The position numbers and the translations under genes are program-made. A stretch of DNA of 56,246 nucleotides from Octopus bimaculoides (taxonomy: Eukaryota): contig NC_068994.1 of assembly GCF_001194135.2 (NCBI RefSeq), positions 22,809,907 to 22,866,152 on the forward strand, written 5' to 3'. Positions 1 through 12,604 of the stretch are shown piece by piece. The notes beneath the pieces are model-generated. The model was not told the DNA's origin. It saw only the letters and a program-made list of their open reading frames with translations, and ran no database searches. Within the stretch, counting starts at the first letter, position 1, and each line of letters begins with the position of its first letter.

Positions 1-44
<44 letters not shown>

Positions 45-60
45 ACACACACACACACAC
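1..60. repeat. (CA)n microsatellite
   Basis: Direct inspection. Confidence 0.97.
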
Positions 61-386
61 ATTTACACGTACATACCTGACAACTGACATGTGTGAAGTG
101 TGGGCTGGCCAGTGTCAATACAAAATCTTATTTTCATTTCCTTTAAAATGATACACATCTACTGTTCCATTACCAGTTAATAATTATTGCAGCAGCTGCA
201 AGGTAAAATATAAAATTCTTTGTCCCTCTGTGATAATTATTGTGGCATTTACCATTAAATTAGCAGTTCCATACACATGCTTCTATTTCATTAATTTACA
301 CTGCATACAAAAATACAGACATACTATATACGGCACGTTATTAAACACACACACACATAAACATCTACACATACATATACATACCT

Positions 387-1209
387 CTTGAGAGAAAAGC
401 TGAACATTAGAAGCATCAGTTGTGGCGTGCAAGAGAGACGATTGCGCTGGTATGGACATGTGGTGAGAATGGAGGAGGATAGCTGCGTGAAAAAGTGCCA
501 CACCCTAACAGTTGAGGGAACCCGTGGAAGAGGTAGGCCCAGGAAGACCTGGGCTGAGGTGGTGAGGCAAGACCTTCGTACATTGGGCCTCACCGAGGCG
601 ATGACTACGGACCGAGACCTTTGGAAATGGGCTGTGCGTGAGAAGACCCGGCAAGCCAAGTAANNNNNNNNNNNNNNNNNNNNNNNNNNNNNNNNNNNNN
701 NNNNNNNNNNNNNNNNNNNNNNNNNNNNNNNNNNNNNNNNNNNNNNNNNNNNNNNNNNNNNNNNNNNNNNNNNNNNNNNNNNNNNNNNNNNNNNNNNNNN
801 NNNNNNNNNNNNNNNNNNNNNNNNNNNNNNNNNNNNNNNNNNNNNNNNNNNNNNNNNNNNNNNNNNNNNNNNNNNNNNNNNNNNNNNNNNNNNNNNNNNN
901 NNNNNNNNNNNNNNNNNNNNNNNNNNNNNNNNNNNNNNNNNNNNNNNTGCCAGTGCCCCTGGACTGGCTTGTGCGGGTGGCACATAAAAGACACCATTCC
1001 GAGCGTGGCCGTTTTCGTGCGGGTGACACGTAAAAGCACCCACTACACTCTCTGAGTGGTTGGCGTTAGGAAGGGCATCCAGCTGTAGAAACTCTGCCAA
1101 ATCAGACTGGAGCCTGGTGTTGCCATCCGGTTTCACCAGTCCTCAGTCAAATCGTCCAACCCATGCTAGCATGGAAAGCGGACGTTAAACGATGATGATG
1201 ATGATGATG
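387..1209 (+). mobile_element. 5'-truncated RTE-clade LINE (ORF C-terminus plus 3'UTR, (GAT)n tail)
   Basis: Encodes RRLRWYGHVVRMEEDSCVKK...GRGRPRKTW. The tail ends in (GAT)n, with ATACCT target-site duplication at 381-386 and 1210-1215. Contains an N gap. Confidence 0.9.
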
Positions 1210-1699
1210 ATACCTGATGACTTGATTTTTTATTAACCACACTGGATCGAAACACAGAGGACATCAAAAAGACAGACAAAACACAAAAGTGGGGGTAATA
1301 GTAAAATCGAATGGAAAGGATGGTAATGATAAATGAAAAGGTGGAACCCCACACTCCAGTTAATGTCATTGAACGTTTTTACAAAAAAAAATTTTAACGT
1401 GTTATTTTATTTTTGTCTCTTTTTCCTTGCTGTGTGTTTCTTGTGTTATACGTGAAGTGTGGGCTGACCAATGTCAATACGAAATTTTATTTATTGTTCC
1501 ATTACCAGATAATAATTATCACAGCAGTTGTAAGGCTGCAAGTTAAAATATAAAATGGATATACTCAGAGGCGAGTATATCCACTGACAACTTTTTGGTG
1601 GGTTCAAAAATTACATACTCCTCACCCCCAATTTTCCATGATAGGTTAGGGCATGGATTAGTCGAATTAGACCATCATTTACTCCACAGATGCTTTGTT

Positions 1700-2138
1700 G
1701 TCAATGCTGCACTTTCCTGTATCACCTGTTTCAATATAACTGTAATATACATATACACAAACTCTATCATTTTAATCCTGAGCAATGCCAGGTATCTCTG
1801 CTAGTTTATAATATAAAAATATCATTATTATAATCGTTTTCTGAATCACTTTCACTCACACTAGACTTGCACACACCATCACTTGTAGATGTAATTGCTG
1901 ATTCACAAGAACTCATAGATGGACTTGTAGATTTCTTTTTAAAAAACAAGTCTAGAGTTGTTTGTTTAGAAGAAGCTTTTTCTTACTCTCTATAAGTTTC
2001 TCAGTAACACATAGAAGCATTTGTTATGGTAGTTGAAACTTTTGCACTTCGTTCAAAATTTGGATCTTGTACTTGAAAAATAAAACTCTTAAACCTAGGG
2101 TCTCATAAAGTGGGTCCTCGTAAAGTGAGATATTACTA
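1700..2138 (-). mobile_element. Tigger/pogo-like deletion derivative relic
   Basis: Terminal TA-TAGTAATATCTCACTTTACGAG. Minus-strand peptide ...SSKQTTLDLFFKK resembles a Tigger C-terminus. Shares aaacct.gggtctcataaagt with the MITE at 37687. Confidence 0.45.
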
Positions 2139-2139
2139 T

Positions 2140-2483
2140 ATATATTTTATCTGTTTCAGTCATCTGACTGTGGCCATGCTGGAGCACCATCTTTAGTCAA
2201 ACAAATCGGCTCCAGGACTTATTCTTTGTAAGCCTAGTACTTATTCTATCAGTATCTTTTGCTGAACCACTAGGTTACGGGAACATAAACACACTGGTAT
2301 TAGTTGTCAAGTAATGGTGGGTGGACATATATATATATGACAGGCTTCTTTCAGTTTCCAGCTACCAAATCCACTCACAAGACTATAGTAGAAGATACTT
2401 GTCCAAGGTGCCACATAATGGGACTGAACCTGGAACCATGTCGTTGGTAAGCAAGCTACTTACCACACAGCCACTCCTGCACC
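2140..2483 (-). mobile_element. tRNA-headed SINE
   Basis: Minus-strand head with A-box-like TGGCTGTGTGG and B-box-like GGTTCAGTCCC; the body recurs elsewhere in the window. Confidence 0.85.
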
Positions 2484-2619
2484 TATATTTGTAGTTAATA
2501 AAAAATTGGAGAAAAAAGATGCGAAAAATATACGTGAGGATGTGGTACATGCAAAGTATTAATAAGATGCTCAGGGANNNNNNNNNNNNNNNNNNNNNNN
2601 NNNNNNNNNNNNNNNNNNN

Positions 2620-2655
<36 letters not shown>

Positions 2656-4299
2656 ACACGTATACACACACACATGTGTGTGTTTGTGTGCCTCTTTTAA
2701 CCCATTCAGAGATAAGTCTTGTATTCTGATAGACCAGAAGTAGAAAGTCAGAAGAACCATCAATATCAAGAAGGTATAGAAGTCTGAAAACAGATAAGCA
2801 ATAACATGTGTAAAGGAATGTATTTATATGAAAAGTTGCATATACAATTTACATGATACAATTGAGTCTTTTCTTTAGAGCTGTTTTAGATAATCAATGA
2901 CTGGTTAATATAACCATGCATATTATGCAAGGAAGTCTCGTATTGTGTCAATATTGTAGGTATACATAAATGCAAAAAGAAAATGCCAACCAGCATGGAT
3001 TTTGATAACTCTGAGCAGCAAAATCATAACTTCATCAGAAGAACCAGGCAGTTTAGTGGTGGGGGGTAGAGTTTATAAATACATATAAATTCTATAAATT
3101 AGAAAGATAGAGAGATGTAGAGGAGTTATAATAATAGTAATAAAGATAGGGAAGGAGGAGAAGAAGAGGGGAGAGGTAGAGTAACTGAGGGTGAATTTGT
3201 TATGTCAACAATGGCTATAAAATTAAGAGTGAAAGAAATGGGGCTAGGAGGCCCAATTCTGAAAGGAACTCTTTAATCATAACAAACCAGAATGGGTATG
3301 AAAAGAATAGACACCATCAGAATAAGCACAATAAAGTTTTAAGTCTTCATATTCACATCTCTAACTCTTCATCTTTATTATACTTCCTCCTCAACACTTG
3401 TTCTCTACTGAACTTCTGCTTTCTGCTATATTAAAAAAATTCTTGTCTTTTGTACAAATCCATCAGTTTTTTAACCCTATTCTTACCAGTTTGCTATCAC
3501 ATTTCCTGCCTTACCTTTCAGCCTCCCATATCACAGATTTTTTGACTTGACACAACTGGCATACTTTACAATGCTTATCTTTATACAATTAATAGTACCT
3601 TTTCTTTTCATACCCATCCCAAGTCTGTTATCCTTGCCTCTTTATCCACTCTTCATTTTACAGCCATTATTTATATCTTGTGTTAATAGTTGACATCTTA
3701 TATTAACTAACTCTCAGCTACTCCACATCTAGCCCTATTCTCCTCCCTACATATTGCTATAATCCCTCATCTACCTACATCTCTCTATCGTTCAAAATTT
3801 GTGTAAACTACATTTATTTATAAACACTATTTCCCCAAAGCCATTTGCTCAGCTTTTCTGATGAGGATATTATGACCTTGTTGCACAGAGCTTCCAAAAT
3901 CCATGCCCATTGGTACTTTTCTTTTGCTTTTATGTAGTGGGCTCTGTAGTGGGCTTCCTTGAAGTATATGTATGGTTATATCAACCAATCAGAGATTATC
4001 TGAAACAGCCATAAAAATAAGATTTGATTACACCATGTAAAACTGTACACCCAAATTCCTTACATCTATTATTGTTGTCCATCTTTCCTCAATACTGATC
4101 ATACTTCAAATGGACTTTCTACTTCTAGTCTACCTTATTCTGATGAATTTGGAGGTTATGATTTGGATTTCTCTGGCCACTGCCTGGTAACTGTCCAAAT
4201 CTCACTTACATAAACATTTTATGACCCATTCTTTACATTCATTCATGCATACATGTATACATGTGTGCATATATACATCATCTTCATATTTGATTTTTT

Positions 4300-5250
4300 T
4301 CCTTAATTTTGTAATTTGGATGATAACAAAGTGAAATATGAGATAAAGAGCTACAAATTACAAAGACACTTATTCATGCAATGCTGCATAAAAATAGTCA
4401 GTTAATGGAATATAGGAAGAATACAGTATTTAAAAAAATCAATAATTCTGGATTCGACATTTTGATTAAAGAGAAAGTCTTCAATTCTAGTCACATCTTG
4501 AAACATGCTACTTTTCATATTAAGAAGCAACTTTTATCTCAGCATTTTTCATTAATGGGTCTCAAGTTCTGAATTATTTCCAGACCCAACAGCTGTAAAA
4601 CTGCTGCATTGCAATTTGGTGGAAGGTATTCTATCCAAACCTTCTCTAAATGAGGGAGTTTGCTATATACAGAACAATTCTGTTTTAGCAATAGGATTTT
4701 CTTCTATTTCCCACATTTTCTTGTCAAGTTGTTTTCTTTTATTTTTGGCATTATCTTTAATCTCTTTATATTTTTTAATCTTCGAATTATAAAGGAGTGT
4801 AATTTTTCAGTTTCCATCATGTTACAGCAAAGAAATGGTTAAGCATTGTTTTGACTTTTTTTGTCCTTTGTAGGGTTTTTTTCTGTTGACAGACTGCAAT
4901 GAGGTGGCAATTAAAAAAAGAAACAACTCCGGATCTATTCAGCCTGCATTCAATGAATATATCTTCTTTGTTGTAAGAAGAAATAATCTTTCTTTCTTTT
5001 TTTTAATCGTTTTTCTTTTTTGGAATTGAAAACATCAGCTGCTTCTTGTAGCTAACTAAAGCTTTTCTGTAGCAATGACAAAACTGAACCAGCAATCTAA
5101 CACTGGCCTGAAAATCTGAGTGACCCCCAAATTTTGCCTTATCTGAAGTTTTCTTTTGAATAAGCAGTGTCCTAATTGGAATGTTTTTATGTCCCTTTGG
5201 TTTATGAATCAGGCAAAGACTGCCTCATCAATATCTTTTAACATTGTAGT
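4300..5250 (-). mobile_element. Highly decayed Tigger/pogo transposase relic
   Basis: Minus-strand LPPNCNAAVLQLLGLEII resembles LPPNTT..LQPLD.GII. Degenerate NADETGLF-like and FQAS.GW-like segments are also present. Confidence 0.5.
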
Positions 5251-5496
5251 CTCTAAGTACTTTTGTTAAGAAACAAAATTTGTATTTTATGTCTGTATGT
5301 ATGGATCGATGGATGGACATGTATAAAAACTTTGCATATTCATCTGAAATTCATTAAATTATAACCGTCATCTGTTTATTATACTAAATGAATACCCAGT
5401 GTTAGAAGCAGGATGCTGTGGAAAAATTACATCTACAGTGAGTTGACTTGGGATTTCTTAATGACAACATAACTTTCATATAATGAAGATATTTTC

Positions 5497-5576
5497 GGCC
5501 TGATGCGTAGCTAGCAGAGCACCCCTCGTTGAGTAATTACATCAGAGTATCAGCTAGCTAGGAAACATATGTAGCC
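5497..5576 (+). ncRNA. Degenerate minimal type I hammerhead ribozyme motif
   Basis: GGC-CTGATGC(G)-TAGCTAGC...GCTAGCTA-(G)GAAA-C-ATAT-GTA-GCC. Perfect 8-bp stem II and a palindromic stem III, but the core A9 position is C. Confidence 0.55.
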
Positions 5577-5607
5577 TGGATTTTACATGTTCCACTCCCC
5601 CAATTTG

Positions 5608-5650
<43 letters not shown>

Positions 5651-6660
5651 AGGTGGGGCTAAGAATTGTGGAGACCCACCTCATCAGAAATTTTAAAACA
5701 ATTCTCAGCTACTGAAATGAACTGAACTTACAGTTTAACATTTTTGAAATTGAGTTTGAAGATGGTGACTGTGAGTAATTAAACATCATAATTAATTTGG
5801 TGAATATCATAAAATTTCATGCTTTCTTGTGAGCAATATAAATAATTTACATAATGATTTTCTTGTTGCTACTTCAGTAAGTGAAGCGGTCAAATAAGAT
5901 GGAAACATATTCCATACTTACCAAATTATTAAAATAACATTAGTTATTGAGTTAGTGTTGTCCTTTCCTTGCTGCATGAGAATTTCTAATGAGTTTTTTG
6001 TTATTCATAGCGGTACATATTTGACCTCTAACCTCTATTCATAGAAGTGCGTATTTGACTTCAAGTATGTATAACTCCACAAAACCTGAGAACTCATTTC
6101 TCCCCAATGGCAGGTAAACTGTCTTATTCTATTATAGAAGTGTAGTTGTTATCTATCATGAGCATCCATAAACTTCTAGGGAGGCTCACTGAATGTGGAT
6201 AATTTTGATCATTCAATGATCCAGTTATTACTGGAGGTGGACACAACAAACTGTGGCATAGCAAGGGTTCTTATGATAGACTTGAGGAAATTTTTTCACT
6301 CCTTCACACATTTGCATTCAGAGCTCGCTATCCTTTCAGCCACTCTTACTACACCTCTGGAAGCAAAAGCAAAGTTGATAATGTCAGGAAAAAGTGGTGG
6401 AAGGAGTTCAATAAGTTGTTACTTCTCTTGTTCCCCACACCCTAAAGTCAGCTTTGGTTGATCAGATCTATTATCCTAGGTGGTCTACATATGACTTTTT
6501 CTTTTTCAGGCATGGTGTATCACGTTAGAGATGTTTTGGTGGAGCTGATTTGGCACCACCCCCTTGCTGTTGCTGATTCAGAGCTGAATCCATCTCATTA
6601 TGAGTGTTTTGGAGCTGAGACATTTTGAAGCTAAGAAAACTTTGTTTTTATTCTGTGTGA

Positions 6661-6812
6661 TAGGCACAGGTGTAGCTGTGTAGAGTGAAACTTGCTTTCC
6701 AACCACATGGTTCTGGGTTCAGTCCTTCTGCATGGCATTGCAAACGTCTTCTACTATAGCCTTGTGAGTGAATTTGGTTTGGTAGATGGAAACTGAAAGA
6801 AGTCTGTTCTGA
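6661..6812 (+). mobile_element. tRNA-headed SINE 5' portion
   Basis: Same head family as 2140-2483 and 12605-12765. Confidence 0.75.
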
Positions 6813-6859
6813 GTTTGTATATATAATACATATATATATATGATAAATAAAAGATGAAA

Positions 6860-7560
6860 GATATGAGAATTTTTATTAATCACGACAATTATTTCGACAC
6901 ATCTAGCATTGATCCCTTATGGGCGGGATACTTAACCACTGGTTCAGGAGCATCCGACTACAAATGTGTCTCTTCAGGTGATAAATAGATATAACTCATT
7001 AAAATAACAGTTCCACAATGTATCTTCTCATTTCATGTAAAGAAAAGCAGCAAATTAAAAGATACTGCTTTATTTACATGGAAGATCAATAAAGATGTAA
7101 GCATACATACACATGTGGTTTGGTGGTCATATGTTCACATAGCGGGTTAAATAGCTACTTGGTGTTTATAAGAATGGTGAGGTTAAAGCTAAACTTAATT
7201 CATCCATACCTTAAAGTAAATTATGTTAACAGTTACTCAAAATTCATTCCCACTGCATTGTGTGAAAGTACATATATATGCATGTAGGCATCTTGAGTCT
7301 TTCAAAAATTCTATTAATGATCTTCTCATTGGTCCACTGAATAGATAGGGATTCCTCAGAGCAGAATCAGCATCTCTTGGAAATGATATTATATGGTTTT
7401 ACATGCCTTACTATGGACCAAGTTATATTATGCTTCTATCTTCTTTCAGTCACCACTCAAAATTGGCCAAAGATGTTGAATGTCTCTTATTGATTCTCTT
7501 GAAGCTGGTGACATGGTTGTGATAATGATTCTTGAATGAATCAGTTGTTTGCTCAATGTA
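6860..7560 (-). mobile_element. Penelope-like element 3' fragment (GIY-YIG remnant, 3'UTR, hammerhead)
   Basis: PYAYIEQTTDSFKNHYHNHVTSFKRINKRHSTSLANFEW. The 3'UTR is homologous to 32880-33345. Confidence 0.75.
6879..6982 (-). ncRNA. Minimal type I hammerhead ribozyme (family A)
   Basis: ATCAC-CTGAAGA-GACACAT...ATGTGTC-GAAA-T-AATT-GTC/GTGAT. All core nucleotides and three stems are present; predicted cut between 6884 and 6883. Confidence 0.8.
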
Positions 7561-7594
7561 AGCATACGGCTCTCCCTTATATGTGAGTGCATAT

Positions 7595-7800
7595 CTTTGT
7601 GCTCTGTGTTTGTCTCCCCATACACTTGAAATTGGTGTTGGTGTGTTTACATCCCTATAACTTAGTGGTTTGGCAAAATAGACCAAGAGAACTACCAGGC
7701 TTAACAAAATTAAGTACACGGATTGATTCATTCAACTAAAACCTCTTCAAAACAGTGCCCCAGCATGGCTGCAGTCTAATGACTGAAACAAGTAAAAGGT
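7595..7800 (+). mobile_element. SINE body/3' portion
   Basis: Matches the reverse complement of the 2140-2330 body and 15010-15195. Confidence 0.7.
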
Positions 7801-8139
7801 ATAACAACTAACATCTAATTACAATCATTAAATCTAGTTTAGTGATTTACATCTATTTATGTATATGATGGTTGGAGGAGTGTGGATGAAAAGTAGAAAA
7901 GAAAACACTTCCCATCATGGATCACTGTGTTTTCAATAAAATAAGCTGCGCCAACATGAGCCACTGCAGAAGCTGTTAAAAGGGAACAGATGCAGGCAAA
8001 AGAATATATGAAGCTATCAACAATTTAAAAAACATGGATACTGTTGAGTACCTCAGGAGTATTGTTCATAATTACCAAATGAAGAATTGAATGAAATTAT
8101 ATTTTTAATAAACTAGTATAATTATTTTCTGTTATTAAT

Positions 8140-8282
8140 AATAATTGTTTTAAAATTTGGCACAAGACCAGCAACTTTAAGGGAGGAGGCTTGTTCGATT
8201 ACATCAGCTTCCCCAGTACTTGACTGGTACTCTATTTTTTCGTCTTTGAAAGGACGAAAGCCAAAGTTTACTTTGGCGAGAA
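8140..8282 (-). mobile_element. SINE fragment with MetaSINE-like central domain
   Basis: Same family as 36760-36975 and 54421-54650 (...tgactggtact...ccgaaaggatgaaaggcaaagtc...). Confidence 0.6.
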
Positions 8283-10074
8283 CAATATTTTGCCATGCAA
8301 GTTTAATGTAAAGGGAAATAACTCCATTTTCACTGTTTCATTCAAAATTGTTCTCTCTCTCTCTTTACATGCAACATTTTAATCTGCCTCTCTTTCCTCC
8401 ACTTCTCATATCTATGTTTCCATGTATGTGCCTATGTCTGCTTTCAGTGCCAAATTAGCCAACACCAAAATAAACTTAGTACCCACACAACCGGATCATA
8501 TGGCCAATGTCCAAACAGCTCCATTCAATCATCCCTTTCTGTAGTGTATCTAGGATTATATTGATACAACACAATATATACTTCTTTTGTTGTTATTTAG
8601 CCCTAGGACAATACTGATTAGGCACAAAGCATTCCAACTGTGACCATTCCATCTTTTTAGGAACATGCAAGACTACATTATCTAATGTGTTCTTTTCTAA
8701 TTAAGATATCAGAGTGTAATCTGAGAGAGATTCAATTGCTATTTCGAACAGGTTGATCAATTCGGGTGAATATGTGGGGCTTAGAGTTCTTTTGTAGCCT
8801 CAGTTGATATTACAGGTTTCTCTTTCATATATATGCAAACTGAACTAAATATGAGTAAAAGCTTTGGTACAACATAATAGTAGGATATATGAATTGGAAG
8901 GTCCAAAGATAATAAAGGAGGTAAACTTGATCTATTGGATGTTCAATTTGTATTTTTTATGTTTAGATTATGTAGGAGAGACAGTGTTCTGAGAATAGCG
9001 TTTTCTGGAATTTTGATTAGGACCAAGGTGTCATACAGGTAGTGGCAGGTTTGGTGCTTTCTGCAGTAAAAAAACTGCACTCCTCACATGTCCAGGAGAG
9101 ATTTCATTTTGAATATTGTTGTTTCTTTGTTTAGGTATGTTCTATCTACATCCTTTGATCATACGTAATGATATTATAATGATAAATGTAACAATAGATG
9201 CTATTTTGGTCTCTCTTGTGTTTAGATATGGAGAGATTGTGAGCAAAGTATGCTGTAGATACTTTTAGATTTCTCAATACTGTTAATTTTAATATTATTT
9301 TAAATCATTTGTATCTACTAATTTCTTAGATTAGTTACTCTTAATAAGAATCTGTTTCAAGGTACTTAATTTGTAAGAAAGAATAGCTCTGTTATTAGAA
9401 GCTAAAAATTGTTTTAACAACAAAAGTTTGACATCTCCAATCCATTCCCTTTAAAAATAATGTATAATATCTGATATTTATCTGAGCATAAAATTATATA
9501 TCTGTTCTTGTTTTTGTTAATATCAAGAAAATCTACTGGTATCTTTAAATAAATTATGAAAACAAATACTTTTAAACATGCATAGAAGAGTTGTTTCCTC
9601 CATAACCTGTATAAAAACAAGAAAATGTTCTAAAACTAATAGTTTACTATGTTAACCTCAGTAAAATTGCACAAAACCATTTTTGCTAATTATTAAAAGC
9701 CCATGCATTGTTGATTCTATGATTGGATAACCTGAAAATAGATTTCATGATATTAAAATACAGGAAGCAAGACAAGCTCATATGCACAATTTAAATAATG
9801 ATAAATAAATACATAATTTAAAAACAATGTTCAGTTTTTAATGATTAAAATCTACAGAAATATTTTATTTCCCTTTTAATATGAATAGTCTGAACCTTCA
9901 CTCTGATTATCATTTAAATTTTTTAACAGCTAAATCAAGAACAATTTTCTTTTATAAGAATATTTTTATTTTCTGGGCAAAAAGTAATTTCTTTGTCATT
10001 TCCTATCAGACATTCATTATTCACATCTTGGCTAAATTCTGAAATAATGATAACAATAACAAAACAAAATGGAT

Positions 10075-10190
10075 AATAACAATGTTGATGATGATGATGA
10101 TGATGGTGATAATGTTGGTAGTGGTGATGGCAGTGATGATGATAATTAAAATGAAGCTAAAGTTGGTGATAATTATAACGATAAATGTAA
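10075..10190. repeat. GAT/GGT low-complexity trinucleotide repeat
   Basis: Direct inspection. Confidence 0.8.
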
Positions 10191-10656
10191 CAATAGATGT
10201 CCAATACAATAACATAAATGTCTTTTTTTCTTCCAGTAAAAGTTATTTAATGGGCTCAATGTTACTACAAAACGAAAAAGGAATGTAACTAATATGTATT
10301 TCTGGCTGGCAGCTTGATTTTGGAAACTAACTAATGAAAAACCAAGAAAGAGAAAAACTATTGCTTACAGGATTGTCTACAACTAATTGAGCAAGAAACT
10401 TGCATGGCGTTCACCAACTAATATACTCAAAATTAAGGTTGCAGATCAAAATACTATACTACTTTTAAGGTCTATACCTTAAAAAATTCCACTAGCCAGC
10501 TTACTTAAATTTCAGTGTATTGAATTGTAATTTTTTTCTGTTGTTATCATGAGATGTAATTTTTTCTGTCATTATCTTGAGAAAATAATTCTTTATCTTT
10601 TGCATTACATTTTTAAAAATCTTTTCTTTGAGATAATTTTTCGATTCTCAAATAAT

Positions 10657-12281
10657 TTAATGATGTTCAACTGTATTACAAAGTGCAGGAGGGAGTATGT
10701 TTTCGTATGGAACATTGTCAACTTGAATGACTTGCATTGCAAGACATTGCAAAGGAAGGGGAATTTTTGAAGGTATTAACTGTCTTCGACCTGTTTCTAA
10801 GTAATGATATGTTTTCACACACCGACCTTTGGTTGTAAGAACTAAATCTTCTTGGGCCAGAAATACATCCAAGTATTCCCATCTTCCATGCACACGCACG
10901 CACACTAAAGTTTGGCTATCATCAATTTTCTCTAGCACTTGTTCACTGTTTAAAGGGGACACAACATCAAATAAAATGCATGGTAATGGAATTATGAGGA
11001 ACACTTTGTCAGAAGAAGAACTTCCAGTATTGCTGGACTTAAGTTTTGTAATAAATTCCAACAGATTAAGCAAACGGATAAAAACTTCTTGGAAGCGACC
11101 CATGTTGAATGTCTCATCTTCTTTTCCACTCTCACGTCTTTGCAGCAGGTTGAGATTGCATATAACATCTCGGAACATTCCATTGAATATGCCAAGAGCT
11201 CTCTCTACAGGTACAATAATTTCACCATATTCACAGAATATGTTATAAAGTAGCTGGAAAATACCAGTGATGACATTACTGTCAAGTACATGGTGGGGTT
11301 TATGACAGATTTGAAGGAGATGAATATAGATAATCCATGATTGGGCAAAATCCATAGATCGACTGGTCAGTTCAGCAGCTTCTTTAAGAGCATAAAATGT
11401 CTTATCACAAGTGGGTCCAAGCACTTTCTCAATAGCAAGAAGTGCATGAAGGTCTAAAGAATAATCTTTAGGGACATAGGTCTCTAGCATTTCTTTGATC
11501 TTAATTTTGGTCGGTTCGTTAAAAAACTCTTTTGGGCACTCTTTAGGATATGGAAAAGTAATTAGTAAATATACCAATATTTCACATTCTCCATACAATG
11601 CTGCCAGTTGGAATGCATCATAACCATCAATATTAACTTCATAGGGATTCACCTCTTGCATAAGCAAAAATTTACACATTTCAAAGAATCCCTTACGTAC
11701 ACTGAGGTGCAACATCGTATCTCCATTTTGGTCTTTTGCATTTAAATCAGCACCATTCTCCATAAGAAGTCTCATCAAACCCATATTCCAAAGCGCAGCA
11801 TGAAGAGGGGTATATCCCCACTCATCAGAAGCATTCATGTTAGCACCACTCAAAATAAGGCTTTCAACAATTTGTAGGTTAACATTTTGAGCAGCAAGTA
11901 AAATGATTGGACAATCCCCTTCACCCTTAGCATTAACATCAGCATCATGTTCTAATAGTATATCAACAGCTTCCACATTACGCCGTTCAACAGCTAGCCA
12001 AAGAGGGGTTACTGGTGTAGTACCATTTGTATCTCTCTGCTCAATGTCTGCATCACAGTGTTCTAGCAAATATCTCATCAAGTCGGTTTGAGCTGATATC
12101 GTAGCCAATGATAACATAGTGTGGCCCATATGTTTTTCTTTGACAATGAATTTGCGTTGGACATCAGAAAACTGATCAAGTTCATTTTTAACAACTTCAG
12201 TGTAATTCTGGTGTATTAATTCAAATATTCTGCAAGATATAGTTGATAGTTTGTTCCTACAAAGACCTTCAAGTGATGGAT
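10657..12281 (-). CDS. fem1: Terminal coding exon of a divergent Fem-1-family protein (6 ankyrin repeats, TPR-like helices, C-terminal BC/cullin box); candidate CRL2 E3 substrate receptor
   Basis: 490-aa ORF 10657-12129 has ankyrin motifs GHTMLSLA, VTPLWLA, DCPIILLAA, GYTPLHAA, GDTMLHLS and GYDAFQLA. HALLAIEKVLGPTCDKT resembles Fem-1 QALLIRERILGP.HPDT. The C-terminus PLQCLAMQVIQVDNVPYENILPPALCNTVEHH matches the Fem-1 C-terminal box. The frame stays open upstream to a strong acceptor (tttttattcattgcag|AT at 12283/12281). Confidence 0.85.
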
Positions 12282-12604
12282 CTGCAATGAATAAAAATTT
12301 TCCAAGTTAATATTGGATTTGTGGTAAATTAAATGAAAAGTTTTACTTCACAATGAGGGTGAAATGAAGATTGCAAGAGTTTGTTGACTAATTGTTATGT
12401 CATCTTATATAACCAAAAGAAGATAAACATGTTAGGGTTACATTTTATTTTCTGCAAGAGTTATAAACAAAGCTGCGTGTAGCTTACGATGCCGCAACAA
12501 TAATTAAAGTAAGAGAGCTGGATATGACTACCCATTGCATGGATCTAGGCTACTGTTTAGGTTATCTAATCCAAGATAATTTCATTACCATAACATATGA
12601 CATA

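Noticed and set aside
324-1136. Long ORF-track entries containing X runs (also 13622-14507, 24739-25368, 26305-26796)
   Set aside because: They read through N gaps and the antisense strand of RTE tails; they are not genes.
4874-4972. Apparent plus-strand 99-nt open exon (tag|GGT...GTT|gtaaga)
   Set aside because: It is the antisense of a decayed pogo DDE segment (NADETGLF-like); the splice signals are probably coincidental.
6080-6461. 88-aa plus-strand ORF 6195-6461
   Set aside because: The minus strand looks like a stop-riddled LINE RT remnant (LLPPLFPDIINFAF); not a gene, and too decayed to classify.
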